From a virus (Duplodnaviria > Caudoviricetes): a DNA stretch of 41,060 bases. The translations under genes and the position numbers were made by a program. The DNA lies in IMG/VR virus record IMGVR_UViG_3300027798_000092, positions 1-41,060 of that record. The stretch is one strand, 5' to 3'. Of this stretch, positions 8,512 to 17,698 are shown one piece after another (the first letter of the stretch is position 1; every line of letters starts with the position of its first letter). The notes under the pieces were generated by a model. That model had not been told where the DNA came from. It saw nothing but the letters and a program-made list of their open reading frames with translations, and searched no databases.

Positions 8512-10551
8512 CTATTGAGGCCCGAACTCATTTCCAACAATTTCACCACTTACAGGATTTGTAGGTGTTCTTTGGATGATTAAAGACGAAACTTTAAACA
8601 AATAGTTCGCATCAAATCCAATCCCTAAGTACTGACAACCATCAGTTATTTGAGAATTATTGTGTGACGCAACTCCACCTAACTCAATTTGTTCCGTGCA
8701 AATTGCGGAGAATGGTGTTGTTGAATCAAATGACCAATCAAGTGTTATTTCAATATCTAATTGGTCACCACTATTAATTGTTAACTCATTATCACTTGAA
8801 TAAGTATACTGATTATACTCAACAGAAAAACAACCCTCACTCAACTCTAAACTACTGTCAGTCGTTATTATACTCATCGGTATTATTAATTGTGCACCAT
8901 TTACCAACGTTTGGATAACATTAATAGTTATAAGAGTATAAATATTTGAAGTCGAACTCTCTTTAAATATATTAATCTCAGGTCGGAAAGATAGATTTGT
9001 AGTAATTTGAGCACCTTGTGGTAGTTCCGGATAAGTAACATTTGATAAATAAGTTAATGTTGTTGTAATCGGATACGTATTAGGTAATGGATTAGTAACG
9101 TGTGGTTCAAAATTAACTTCTACAGGTTCACTATCTAAAATTTCAAAACTAATAATATCACTGTCGTTACCATTTGAATCAATCGCTTGAGCGGTATGTG
9201 AACCAACAGATAATCCAAATACAACACTTGAATTTTGTTGTGCTCCGTCAACATAATATGTAAATGGTCCACCAGCGTTTGATGCAGCAATTAATGTTAC
9301 TGACCCAGTATTATTATCAATAAATGAACATCCTGGTTCTGTCTGATATTGTAAATCAACAACTATCGCTTGAGTATTAGCACTACATGAACCTTCTAAA
9401 ACATTTACAGATACTCCAACAATATCCCCAATTCCACCACCATTCCAAATACCTGTCGGTTGGTCATTCAATTGATTTGGGTTTTTAGTAAATGAAATAA
9501 TACCAATTTGACAATCTATAGGAACAGAGAATGGAGATTGGTTTTCAACTGATGAAACCCAACCGTTAGTACCATAAGATAACGTCATACCTGTAACACC
9601 AATGTCTGAAATATTTACTAATGAATAAACAGGATGGTAATTTTGAGTTGAGCCACTTGCGAAATTCAAAAAGAATAGTGTATCACATAATTGGAATGTT
9701 AAACATAAATCAGTCGGGTAAGCAATTGGTGTAGGGTTACTAACAGTACAAGTGACTGTCTGTGTTTGTTGGAATACTCCATCCCCACCATCAGTAACCA
9801 CAATAGTATATGTACCGGCAGTTAAACCTGCCGCACTAAACGAGTCATTACCTGTTGTTGTAATACCACTAAACGTATATGTAAATGGTTGTGTTCCACC
9901 ATCAATAGTAATATAAAACGAACCATTATCTCCACCATAATAAGTTGGTGATATCGAAGAACAATTAGAAATAATTGATATTGGTACCCCACTTAAAACA
10001 CAATTAACTGTCTGAATGTAATCACCATAAAAGTCATAAACAATGGATGTATATGTCCCTGCCGATACATTACTATAAACTTGGAATGTTTGTCCGTTAG
10101 TACTTTGTCCTACCGCAGTAGTACTTGTCCCTGTAAAAATAGAATAAGGAGGTGTTCCTCCTACAATATATAAACCTACTTGACCATCCAATGAGTCAGT
10201 CTCTGAAGGTAAAGTTTTAACACAACTAACCTCCATTGGAAATATTGTTTTTAAAGAACAATCATTAACTAATGCGGTGGTTGAATATTGGGAGTTTAAA
10301 TCAACAGTAATACCTGTAGGACATGGATTTAATAATATACAATTTGGACAACTTGTTTGACCAGTCATTCCAATTAAATTGTACGTAGTTGGTTGATAGT
10401 TTAATGCTGGTATTTCAACATACTCACCACAAAATATCTCACCTTCAAGAGTTTCGATATAATATATTTCAAACTCAGACACATAACCAGGAATACCAGT
10501 TAGGTAGAAATATTCATTACTATCACAACAATTTTTAAATCCTAAAGCCAT
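8512..10551 (-). CDS. Modular structural/adhesin protein: N-terminal CC/CxxC domain plus three SprB-like repeats
   Basis: GGTPPY...SAGTYT, GGTQPFTY...GLTAGTYTIVVTD, GGPFTY...GLSVGSHTAQAIDSNG; N-terminus aligns with that of 3133..5598. Confidence 0.75.
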   Translation of the reverse strand: MALGFKNCCDSNEYFYLTGIPGYVSEFEIYYIETLEGEIFCGEYVEIPALNYQPTTYNLIGMTGQTSCPNCILLNPCPTGITVDLNSQYSTTALVNDCSLKTIFPMEVSCVKTLPSETDSLDGQVGLYIVGGTPPYSIFTGTSTTAVGQSTNGQTFQVYSNVSAGTYTSIVYDFYGDYIQTVNCVLSGVPISIISNCSSISPTYYGGDNGSFYITIDGGTQPFTYTFSGITTTGNDSFSAAGLTAGTYTIVVTDGGDGVFQQTQTVTCTVSNPTPIAYPTDLCLTFQLCDTLFFLNFASGSTQNYHPVYSLVNISDIGVTGMTLSYGTNGWVSSVENQSPFSVPIDCQIGIISFTKNPNQLNDQPTGIWNGGGIGDIVGVSVNVLEGSCSANTQAIVVDLQYQTEPGCSFIDNNTGSVTLIAASNAGGPFTYYVDGAQQNSSVVFGLSVGSHTAQAIDSNGNDSDIISFEILDSEPVEVNFEPHVTNPLPNTYPITTTLTYLSNVTYPELPQGAQITTNLSFRPEINIFKESSTSNIYTLITINVIQTLVNGAQLIIPMSIITTDSSLELSEGCFSVEYNQYTYSSDNELTINSGDQLDIEITLDWSFDSTTPFSAICTEQIELGGVASHNNSQITDGCQYLGIGFDANYLFKVSSLIIQRTPTNPVSGEIVGNEFGPQ

Positions 10552-10603
10552 TACTTATAAATAACAAGATTTTCATTTTTATGAATATTAAAAACGAAAT
10601 ATA

Positions 10604-10882
10604 TTAAGAAGTAGGCGTAGGTGTTGGTGTTGGGGTATTTGTTGGGGTCTGTGTCGGTGTAGGACAATTATATATTGTCATCGTTTCACACAGATTAGAA
10701 TCAACAATCTTTAACATAAATGATTGTATTCCATAAAATGTTGGTGGGACATAGACATTAATTGGCCAATAGATTGGGTCGTATTCAGTTTGAACTAATT
10801 CACAATTATTACCACCATAATCACAGACATAAAACTGAAATGGGGGTGTTCCGTCTATATTAGATATTTGTATATAAGCCAT
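10604..10882 (-). CDS. Small SprB-like domain protein with Thr/Pro tail (paralog member 2)
   Basis: IDGTPPFQFYVC-x6-C...LKIVDSNLC...CPTPTQTPT. Confidence 0.75.
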   Translation of the reverse strand: MAYIQISNIDGTPPFQFYVCDYGGNNCELVQTEYDPIYWPINVYVPPTFYGIQSFMLKIVDSNLCETMTIYNCPTPTQTPTNTPTPTPTPTS

Positions 10883-10919
10883 TATCCTACTTTATTTATA
10901 TAATTTACAATATGTTTTA

Positions 10920-11117
10920 TCATGGTAGATGACTTATTATTTCATCAGCATTTATACAAAGTATATTATTAATTGTTGTGTTATTACCCATAAAGGCATA
11001 TATCCCATTTCCCATATAGATATGAACACACATATCATCAATCTTTTCATAAGTCTCATATTGGTATTCTGAACCTCTATAAGTTATAATATCATTATTT
11101 ATTTCAATATAATCCAT
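10920..11117 (-). CDS. Small protein coupled to the fibre gene; possible fibre chaperone or tip partner
   Basis: TAATG overlap with the fibre stop codon; function inferred from position only. Confidence 0.6.
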   Translation of the reverse strand: MDYIEINNDIITYRGSEYQYETYEKIDDMCVHIYMGNGIYAFMGNNTTINNILCINADEIISHLP

Positions 11118-14100
11118 TACGCTTTGTTTATTTGTATATGTATGAATGAACTTAATGAGCTATCGGCAGTATTACCGTTTTGAATTGCTGCTACAAAATA
11201 TTGATTAACAGTCCAGTCTATATTAGGAGTTGCAACAGTTGCTGTAAATACAACATCATCAGTTGTTGACAGACCTCCCGCTTGTAAAGTTTCTGTAGCC
11301 GTTGCGGACTTAACTGCCAATACCCTGGTCATCTGAATATATCTCGTTACTGTTGATGCAAGCGTACTACTACCTACTAATGAACCTCCAATTGCAACAG
11401 AAGTATTAACATAAAATCTTAATGTAACAGTTCCAGCAGTTCCAGTCTTTAGCAATCTTACCCTAACATTTATAATATCACCAACTGCCACGGTGTTTGC
11501 GGGTATTAGGATACTTGAAGTTAATGTACTTGCCGTTGTAGCAGTAACTGCAGTACCATCAGTAATTGTTTGATAATTAATAACAGTTTTTGGAACAGTT
11601 AAAGTTGTTGCTGATATTGTGGTAGCAGTTAAACCTCCTGTTATAATGTTGTTAGTATATAACGTACATGCTGCGGTGGCGTTTAATCCACAACCTATGG
11701 CCGCAGAAAAGTTACCTGTTACTGTGTTGCCTGAGCCGGCTCCTATGAATGAATAAGTACCTGTTGTCCTGTTACAAATTCCACCACCTATAAATGAACA
11801 TGCGCCTCCTGCGGTATTTTTGTATCCTCCACTTATGGTTGACGTATGTCCACTAGCAACATTACATTTTCCACCACTTATTGTTGAGATATAGTTACTT
11901 GAAGTATTGCTACGTCCACCACCAACAAATGAAAGATAACTACTTGCGGTGTTTTGTACTCCACCACCTATGAATGAATAACCACCACTTGCGGCGTTTT
12001 GACTTCCTCCACCTACGGTTGACCTATCACCACTTGCGGTGTTTTGTTGTCCACCAGCTATTGTTCCCCAATCAACATTTATGATACTATTACATTCTCC
12101 ACCACCAATAAAATTATAACCGACTCCATAATATGATGACGATGTTACATTACAACTTCCACCGGCAATTGTACTGTAACTATTTGGACAAAAATAACTG
12201 TATGAATTAGTATTTTTATATCCTCCACTTACAGTTGAGTATTCACCACATGCAATATTTAAACGTCCCCCACCTACGGTTGAGTAAGTATTACTCGCGG
12301 TGTTTTTACAACCACCAGCAACTGTTGAATAAACACCACTTGACAAGTTGTTTTCACCACCTCCGATAAATGAATATGATGCTGTAGTATAATTACTTTT
12401 TCCCCCACCTACAGTAGTAAAAATATTAGTAGCCCTATTATCTAAACCACCACTTACCACACTACAATTACTTGTAGCACAATTTAATTGACCTCCCCCA
12501 ATAAATGAATATATTCCTGAATTGGTATTTCCTGAACCTCCTGTAATCTTTCTTATTGTTGCAGTTGTTGCCGAAAATGTGTTAGCACTTAATCCTCCTG
12601 TAAAGTTTGTTGCTCCTGATACCGTACCTCCTGTAAAAGTTGCACTTGATGAAGGTAAATTAACATATGTTGTTGCCGATATTGTTGTTGCAGATAATCC
12701 ACCTGTTATTATGTTATTTGTATATAAAGTACAGTTAGCCGTAGCATTCAATCCACAACCAATGGCCGAAGAAAAACTACCTGTAACAGTGTTACCTGTA
12801 CCCGCTCCAATAAATGAATATATTCCAAATGCTCTGTTACAACATCCACCCACAATTGCTGAAGTTGTTCCTGTTATAATATTACAAGAACCCGCACCCA
12901 CGAATGAAAATACTGAACAAGAAGAATTAAACTGACCCGACCCAATAAATGAACATGCTCCTCCCGCGATATTACAATCTCCACCACTAATTGTTGAAGT
13001 ATTACCACTTGCGGTGTTACAATATCCCCCACTTACGGTTGAGTAATTACCACTTGCGGTGTTACATAATCCACCACTTACGGTTGAAGTCTGACCACTT
13101 GCGGTGTTACATAATCCACCACCTACGGTTGACCTACTACTACTTGAGGTATTACCAAATCCTCCACCAACAGTTGAGTAACTACCACTTGAGGTGTTAC
13201 AACTTCCTCCGCCTACGGTTGACAAACCACCACTTGCGGTGTTACCATATCCCCCACTTATAGTTTGATAAGATATTCCTTTACCAGTAGGAGCGGTGTT
13301 ACAAAATCCGCCTCCAATAAATGAATATGTTCCACTTGCGGTGTTACCACTACCTCCCCCAATGAATGATAACTTACCACCAGCGATATTTTTACATCCT
13401 CCAGCAATTGTTGATGTATCACCACTTGCGGTGTTACCATTACCACCACCTACGGTTGTGCCATTACCACTTGTGGTGTTACCATATCCTCCACTTATAG
13501 TTTGATTAGGTATTGCTTTACCAAAGGTGGTGGTGTTACAATATCCACCCCCAATGAATGACGTTATACCACTTGCATTATTAAAATATCCGCCACTTAC
13601 AGTTGACCCACCACCACATGAATTGTTAAAATATCCGCCACTTACAGTTGAGAATTCACCACATGCAATATTTAAACCTCCCCCACCAATAAATGAATAC
13701 GACCCACTTGTGGTATTACAATATCCACCGACAACACTTGATGTATTCCCACTTACAATGTTAGCCGAGCCTCCTCCTACAGTTGAATATGTCCCACTTG
13801 CGGTGTTACCACCTCCACCTCCAACAAATGAATAATTACCCGAAACAGTATTACCCGAACCTCCCAAAGAAGCCCCATAATTACCCTTAGCAGTATTATT
13901 TACCCCACATCTAACAGTTGAGTTAACACCTGTCCCAACAATATATAAACTTGTTCCTGACGTTCCTCCTGAACTTACCCCTGATGAAAACTTTCTCCAC
14001 ACCGCAGTACTATATGTAGCACCACTTACGTCCTCAATTGTATTACCCGTCCAAGCGTTAATAAACGATTGACCGGCAGCAGTCTTGTTATTTATTGTTG

Positions 14101-14512
14101 TTCCAAAATCTGATATTATAACACACCCCGTACTGGCAGTAGCCGCAGAAAATAACGTCTCGTAATTGTTAATATAATATTGATAAACTTGGTCTTGTTC
14201 ATAAACATAAACCAACATACCAAGTCGTCTTCTACCTGATGAAATGTTATCTGACGCTAATGTAATTACATTAGGAGACCAAACATTACCCGTTCCCTTT
14301 GTAAACTCAATAGGAATAGTGTTACCCGAATATTCTATACTTCCTGTTGTTCCTGATGGTATAGTATAATAGAGGTCAGATAAACTATAAACCTCCATAT
14401 ACCCACCAGTATTGTTAACACTAAAAGTAGTACCATAGGTATTGTTTCTTGGTACAGTCTGTGTTCCATTTACTTGGATTGACGATATTGGGTTTTTATA
14501 TGGGAAACTCAT
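11117..14512 (-). CDS. Tail fibre/receptor-binding-type protein with 15-aa Gly-rich beta-solenoid repeats
   Basis: N-terminal RRRLGMLVYV motif; dozens of GGGxxNxASGxYSTV units in two blocks; separate C-terminal beta-rich tip domain. Confidence 0.8.
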   Translation of the reverse strand: MSFPYKNPISSIQVNGTQTVPRNNTYGTTFSVNNTGGYMEVYSLSDLYYTIPSGTTGSIEYSGNTIPIEFTKGTGNVWSPNVITLASDNISSGRRRLGMLVYVYEQDQVYQYYINNYETLFSAATASTGCVIISDFGTTINNKTAAGQSFINAWTGNTIEDVSGATYSTAVWRKFSSGVSSGGTSGTSLYIVGTGVNSTVRCGVNNTAKGNYGASLGGSGNTVSGNYSFVGGGGGNTASGTYSTVGGGSANIVSGNTSSVVGGYCNTTSGSYSFIGGGGLNIACGEFSTVSGGYFNNSCGGGSTVSGGYFNNASGITSFIGGGYCNTTTFGKAIPNQTISGGYGNTTSGNGTTVGGGNGNTASGDTSTIAGGCKNIAGGKLSFIGGGSGNTASGTYSFIGGGFCNTAPTGKGISYQTISGGYGNTASGGLSTVGGGSCNTSSGSYSTVGGGFGNTSSSSRSTVGGGLCNTASGQTSTVSGGLCNTASGNYSTVSGGYCNTASGNTSTISGGDCNIAGGACSFIGSGQFNSSCSVFSFVGAGSCNIITGTTSAIVGGCCNRAFGIYSFIGAGTGNTVTGSFSSAIGCGLNATANCTLYTNNIITGGLSATTISATTYVNLPSSSATFTGGTVSGATNFTGGLSANTFSATTATIRKITGGSGNTNSGIYSFIGGGQLNCATSNCSVVSGGLDNRATNIFTTVGGGKSNYTTASYSFIGGGENNLSSGVYSTVAGGCKNTASNTYSTVGGGRLNIACGEYSTVSGGYKNTNSYSYFCPNSYSTIAGGSCNVTSSSYYGVGYNFIGGGECNSIINVDWGTIAGGQQNTASGDRSTVGGGSQNAASGGYSFIGGGVQNTASSYLSFVGGGRSNTSSNYISTISGGKCNVASGHTSTISGGYKNTAGGACSFIGGGICNRTTGTYSFIGAGSGNTVTGNFSAAIGCGLNATAACTLYTNNIITGGLTATTISATTLTVPKTVINYQTITDGTAVTATTASTLTSSILIPANTVAVGDIINVRVRLLKTGTAGTVTLRFYVNTSVAIGGSLVGSSTLASTVTRYIQMTRVLAVKSATATETLQAGGLSTTDDVVFTATVATPNIDWTVNQYFVAAIQNGNTADSSLSSFIHIQINKA
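11610..13900 (-). repeat. 45-nt tandem repeat arrays in two blocks within the fibre gene
   Basis: Exact 16-mer CCACTTGCGGTGTTAC (+ strand) at 13005, 13050, 13095, 13230, 13332, 13422 and 13794. Confidence 0.9.
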
Positions 14513-14521
14513 TTACTATAA

Positions 14522-15526
14522 TTATATATCAACCTTACTTCCTCTAAAATAAAGGTCATAAGTATTATCCAATTCAAATGTATTTGATGGGTATGTGGTG
14601 TAAACTCTGTACGTTGTTTTAACAATAGTACCACCAGTATAAGTGAATGTGTTAGAATAGATTGTCGGTTCCATCTTCACACTTGTAAAGACATTTGGAT
14701 TTACAATTCCTAAATCAATCTCAACTTGATATTTGTAATTTGTATATACAACAGGTATTATCCATGTGTACCACGCCTTAGAACCTACAGTATTTTCAGT
14801 AACTTTTGTAGTTAAAAAGTTATAAGCAATTACAGGATTACCATATGAGTCAAACCCACTTGTCGTGATTGGTATCGTCTGTTTTATAATCGACGGAAAT
14901 AATCCTGTCGTCCATCCTGAAAAATTAACATACCTATTCATATCAGAGTCAAACGTACTTGCCGAACTACTTGGTTGTGTTGTGTTTGTAAATCCGTAGA
15001 AATTTGACCCAAGTGAATTCATATAAGAGCCAATACTTGACGAACCTGAATAAGGCTCAATAAATAAATAACCATATAATAAAGGTTCAGGTGTTAATGT
15101 AGGTGTAGGTGTTGTTGTAACAGTTGGAGTTACCGTCTTAGTTGGTGTAATACTTGGAGTAACTGTTTGAGTTGGTGTTAAACTTGGTGTAATACTTGGT
15201 GTCGGTGTAAACGATGGTGTAATACTAGGTGTCGGAGTATTTGACGGAGTTAAAGATATAGTTGGGGTAACACTTGGGGTAATACTTGGAGTTGGTGTCG
15301 GTGTTACACACATGTATTCTTGTGTAAACACACATCCCGTAGAATCAACTATTTTAATTAATAATTTAGGAGCACTTGTATATCCACTCGGTATTGGAAA
15401 ACTAACTGCCGGTGGGATATAATCAACATAAGTGTTAATAAATGCACAGTTAAATTGGAAAACATCACAAACATATATTTGATATGGTGGAACACCTGAT
15501 ATGTTATCAATTGTAATTAAACTCAT
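14522..15526 (-). CDS. SprB-like domain + Thr/Pro linker + C-terminal beta-rich domain (paralog member 3)
   Basis: [12 protein letters not shown]-x6-C...IKIVDSTGC...CVTPTPTPS. Confidence 0.8.
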   Translation of the reverse strand: MSLITIDNISGVPPYQIYVCDVFQFNCAFINTYVDYIPPAVSFPIPSGYTSAPKLLIKIVDSTGCVFTQEYMCVTPTPTPSITPSVTPTISLTPSNTPTPSITPSFTPTPSITPSLTPTQTVTPSITPTKTVTPTVTTTPTPTLTPEPLLYGYLFIEPYSGSSSIGSYMNSLGSNFYGFTNTTQPSSSASTFDSDMNRYVNFSGWTTGLFPSIIKQTIPITTSGFDSYGNPVIAYNFLTTKVTENTVGSKAWYTWIIPVVYTNYKYQVEIDLGIVNPNVFTSVKMEPTIYSNTFTYTGGTIVKTTYRVYTTYPSNTFELDNTYDLYFRGSKVDI

Positions 15527-15552
15527 CTAAAATAAATACTTCAAACAAAACT

Positions 15553-17697
15553 TTAAGTCCTACATGAAATATTATAAACTACTCTAACACTAATTGTTAA
15601 TAGTTCGTCTTTATATACTTCAACACCTCCAACAACTTGAGATTCAATAATAATAGTATTTGTGTCAGGATTAATTTCAGTGTTCTGTAAGTTAGGTATT
15701 AAAGTAAGTAGCGACTCAATAGCCGTTATAAAATTATTAGTTGATGGTATTGAATTTAAATTAGGTGAAACATAAAATACTGACGAATATGTTGTACCTG
15801 TAATTTCAATGTCACAATTAAATTGAGCGTAATTTAATTTACAATCCTCATGACCACTAACTAAATTAGCGTAACCTGTAAATAACATATTTTTAAAGTC
15901 AAAAGTTTTTGTTGGTATATAAGTTGGTGTTGAAACTTTAACAGGTTGAGTTCTTGAGAAATTGATTAATGGATTACAAGTTATTGTCTTACTCTTAGTC
16001 GTCACACATCCTGTGGCGGCACTTACAGATAATGTATATGTTCCAGCAGTTAATCCTGTAAGATATACCCCTGTCTGTCCATTAACATTACTACTCCATG
16101 TTAAATCAACAGGAAAATCTGTATAATTAACCATAGCACTTATTGTTCCTCCACTACCATTACCACAATTTGTACTATAAAGTAATAAATTAATTGGTTG
16201 GTCATATTCAATATTTACACTATAAAGTTGACTACAATAGTTTGAGTCAGTAACAATCAAATTGTAATTACCGGCAATCAAATTATTAAATGTATATGAT
16301 GTTGAAGAGGTTTGTATTGAAGTAAATCCGTTAGATAGTGAATAGGTATATGTCAACCCAGTTGTAATTGGTGTTACTTCAACATATATACTACCACCAT
16401 TAAAATTACAAGTTGTTGTACTCCCAGTCAACTCAACAGTGAATGATGGACTAGATGTAATAGAAAAGTTTTGACTAAAAGAACATCCTGAAGATGCGTC
16501 ATTAATTGTTACCGTATAGTTACCAACACCTAATCCACCAAATGTTTGAGTTGGTGTATTAACAGAGTTAACAATTGTGTAACCACTATTATTTGTAAAA
16601 CTATAATAATACGGAGTTGTTCCTCCCTGTAATTGAATTGTGTAACTTCCTGATGTGTTATTACATCCAGAATCAATAATTTCTTGTGAAACAACATAAA
16701 ATGTGCCGGGTACTTGTAATGAAACGTTAAACGATGCGGTACAAAGTGCAACATCTGTAACGTCAAGTGTATAATTACCAGCAGATAAACCACTAAAAGT
16801 TAAAGATTGGTCGTAACTCACTAAAGAATCACCATTACTTAAAAGATAAAAATACGGACCGGTTCCACCTGATATATAAAAAGTTAATGAACCAGTTGCC
16901 CCAGAACAAGAAGGTTGAATTAACGTGTAAGTTATCAAACCTATTGGGCTGGCATTTAATACTGTAGTTGTTTTTGTTATCGAACATCCTTGTGAGTCAG
17001 TAACAGTACAAAAATAGTTACCAGTAGTTAAACCTGTAACAGATGATGTAGTTGGGGAACCACTAATATTTGATGACCACACATAAGTATAAGGTGGAAT
17101 CCCTGTTACACCCGTAACAAATAACTTACCATTTGTAAGTGAACACGCAGGATTATCCACAACATAAAATCCAAAATCCATAGAACTTGTATTGTAAAGT
17201 ACAACATTCTCAGACTCACCATAACACCCCCCATAGTTTGTACAAGTTGCATAATAAACACCTTCAGGTAAATTAACAAATGTATATTGATTAGTACTTG
17301 TAACGTTTGCCGTAGTATATTCAACATTATCTTTAAATAATGTTATTTCATTAGTACCATAATTAGTATATGTATTAACGCTTAATGACCCATTTGATAA
17401 TCCACACGAGGTATTTTGAACATCTTGTATGAATAAGGTACTTGCGGAAGTGATATAAACTTGTATAACTCCTGATGATTGATTGACCGGAACTGACGAG
17501 TCGTTCACATAAAATTGATAGGTTCCAGCACTTAATCCTGTAATCGAATAATATCCAGTTGTTGATGCTGAAGCATATAATGGTGTTAACCAATTAACAA
17601 TATAAGGGGTATTACCGCTTGTAAAATCAATACTAAAACTACCTAAGTTACTATTAGTACAATCTCCAGTTACTGATATGTTGTAAAAAAATGACAT
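15553..17697 (-). CDS. SprB-repeat protein (about 7 repeats)
   Basis: Repeats of C-x4-GS...GGTxPYxY...GLSAGxYxxxVTDxxGC; no signal peptide or T9SS C-terminal domain visible. Confidence 0.85.
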   Translation of the reverse strand: MSFFYNISVTGDCTNSNLGSFSIDFTSGNTPYIVNWLTPLYASASTTGYYSITGLSAGTYQFYVNDSSVPVNQSSGVIQVYITSASTLFIQDVQNTSCGLSNGSLSVNTYTNYGTNEITLFKDNVEYTTANVTSTNQYTFVNLPEGVYYATCTNYGGCYGESENVVLYNTSSMDFGFYVVDNPACSLTNGKLFVTGVTGIPPYTYVWSSNISGSPTTSSVTGLTTGNYFCTVTDSQGCSITKTTTVLNASPIGLITYTLIQPSCSGATGSLTFYISGGTGPYFYLLSNGDSLVSYDQSLTFSGLSAGNYTLDVTDVALCTASFNVSLQVPGTFYVVSQEIIDSGCNNTSGSYTIQLQGGTTPYYYSFTNNSGYTIVNSVNTPTQTFGGLGVGNYTVTINDASSGCSFSQNFSITSSPSFTVELTGSTTTCNFNGGSIYVEVTPITTGLTYTYSLSNGFTSIQTSSTSYTFNNLIAGNYNLIVTDSNYCSQLYSVNIEYDQPINLLLYSTNCGNGSGGTISAMVNYTDFPVDLTWSSNVNGQTGVYLTGLTAGTYTLSVSAATGCVTTKSKTITCNPLINFSRTQPVKVSTPTYIPTKTFDFKNMLFTGYANLVSGHEDCKLNYAQFNCDIEITGTTYSSVFYVSPNLNSIPSTNNFITAIESLLTLIPNLQNTEINPDTNTIIIESQVVGGVEVYKDELLTISVRVVYNISCRT

Positions 17698-17698
17698 G

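Noticed and set aside
12960-13810. CRISPR-like array (constant 16-mer with variable intervals)
   Set aside because: Repeats are in-frame codons of one long ORF, the intervals resemble each other, and no cas genes are present
11700-13900. Ice-nucleation protein (GYG-containing repeats)
   Set aside because: Period is 15 aa rather than 16, and the AGYGSTxTA consensus is absent
11117-14512. Diversity-generating retroelement target
   Set aside because: No reverse transcriptase and no TR/VR pair with adenine-specific differences seen in the window; the variation is in tandem coding repeats
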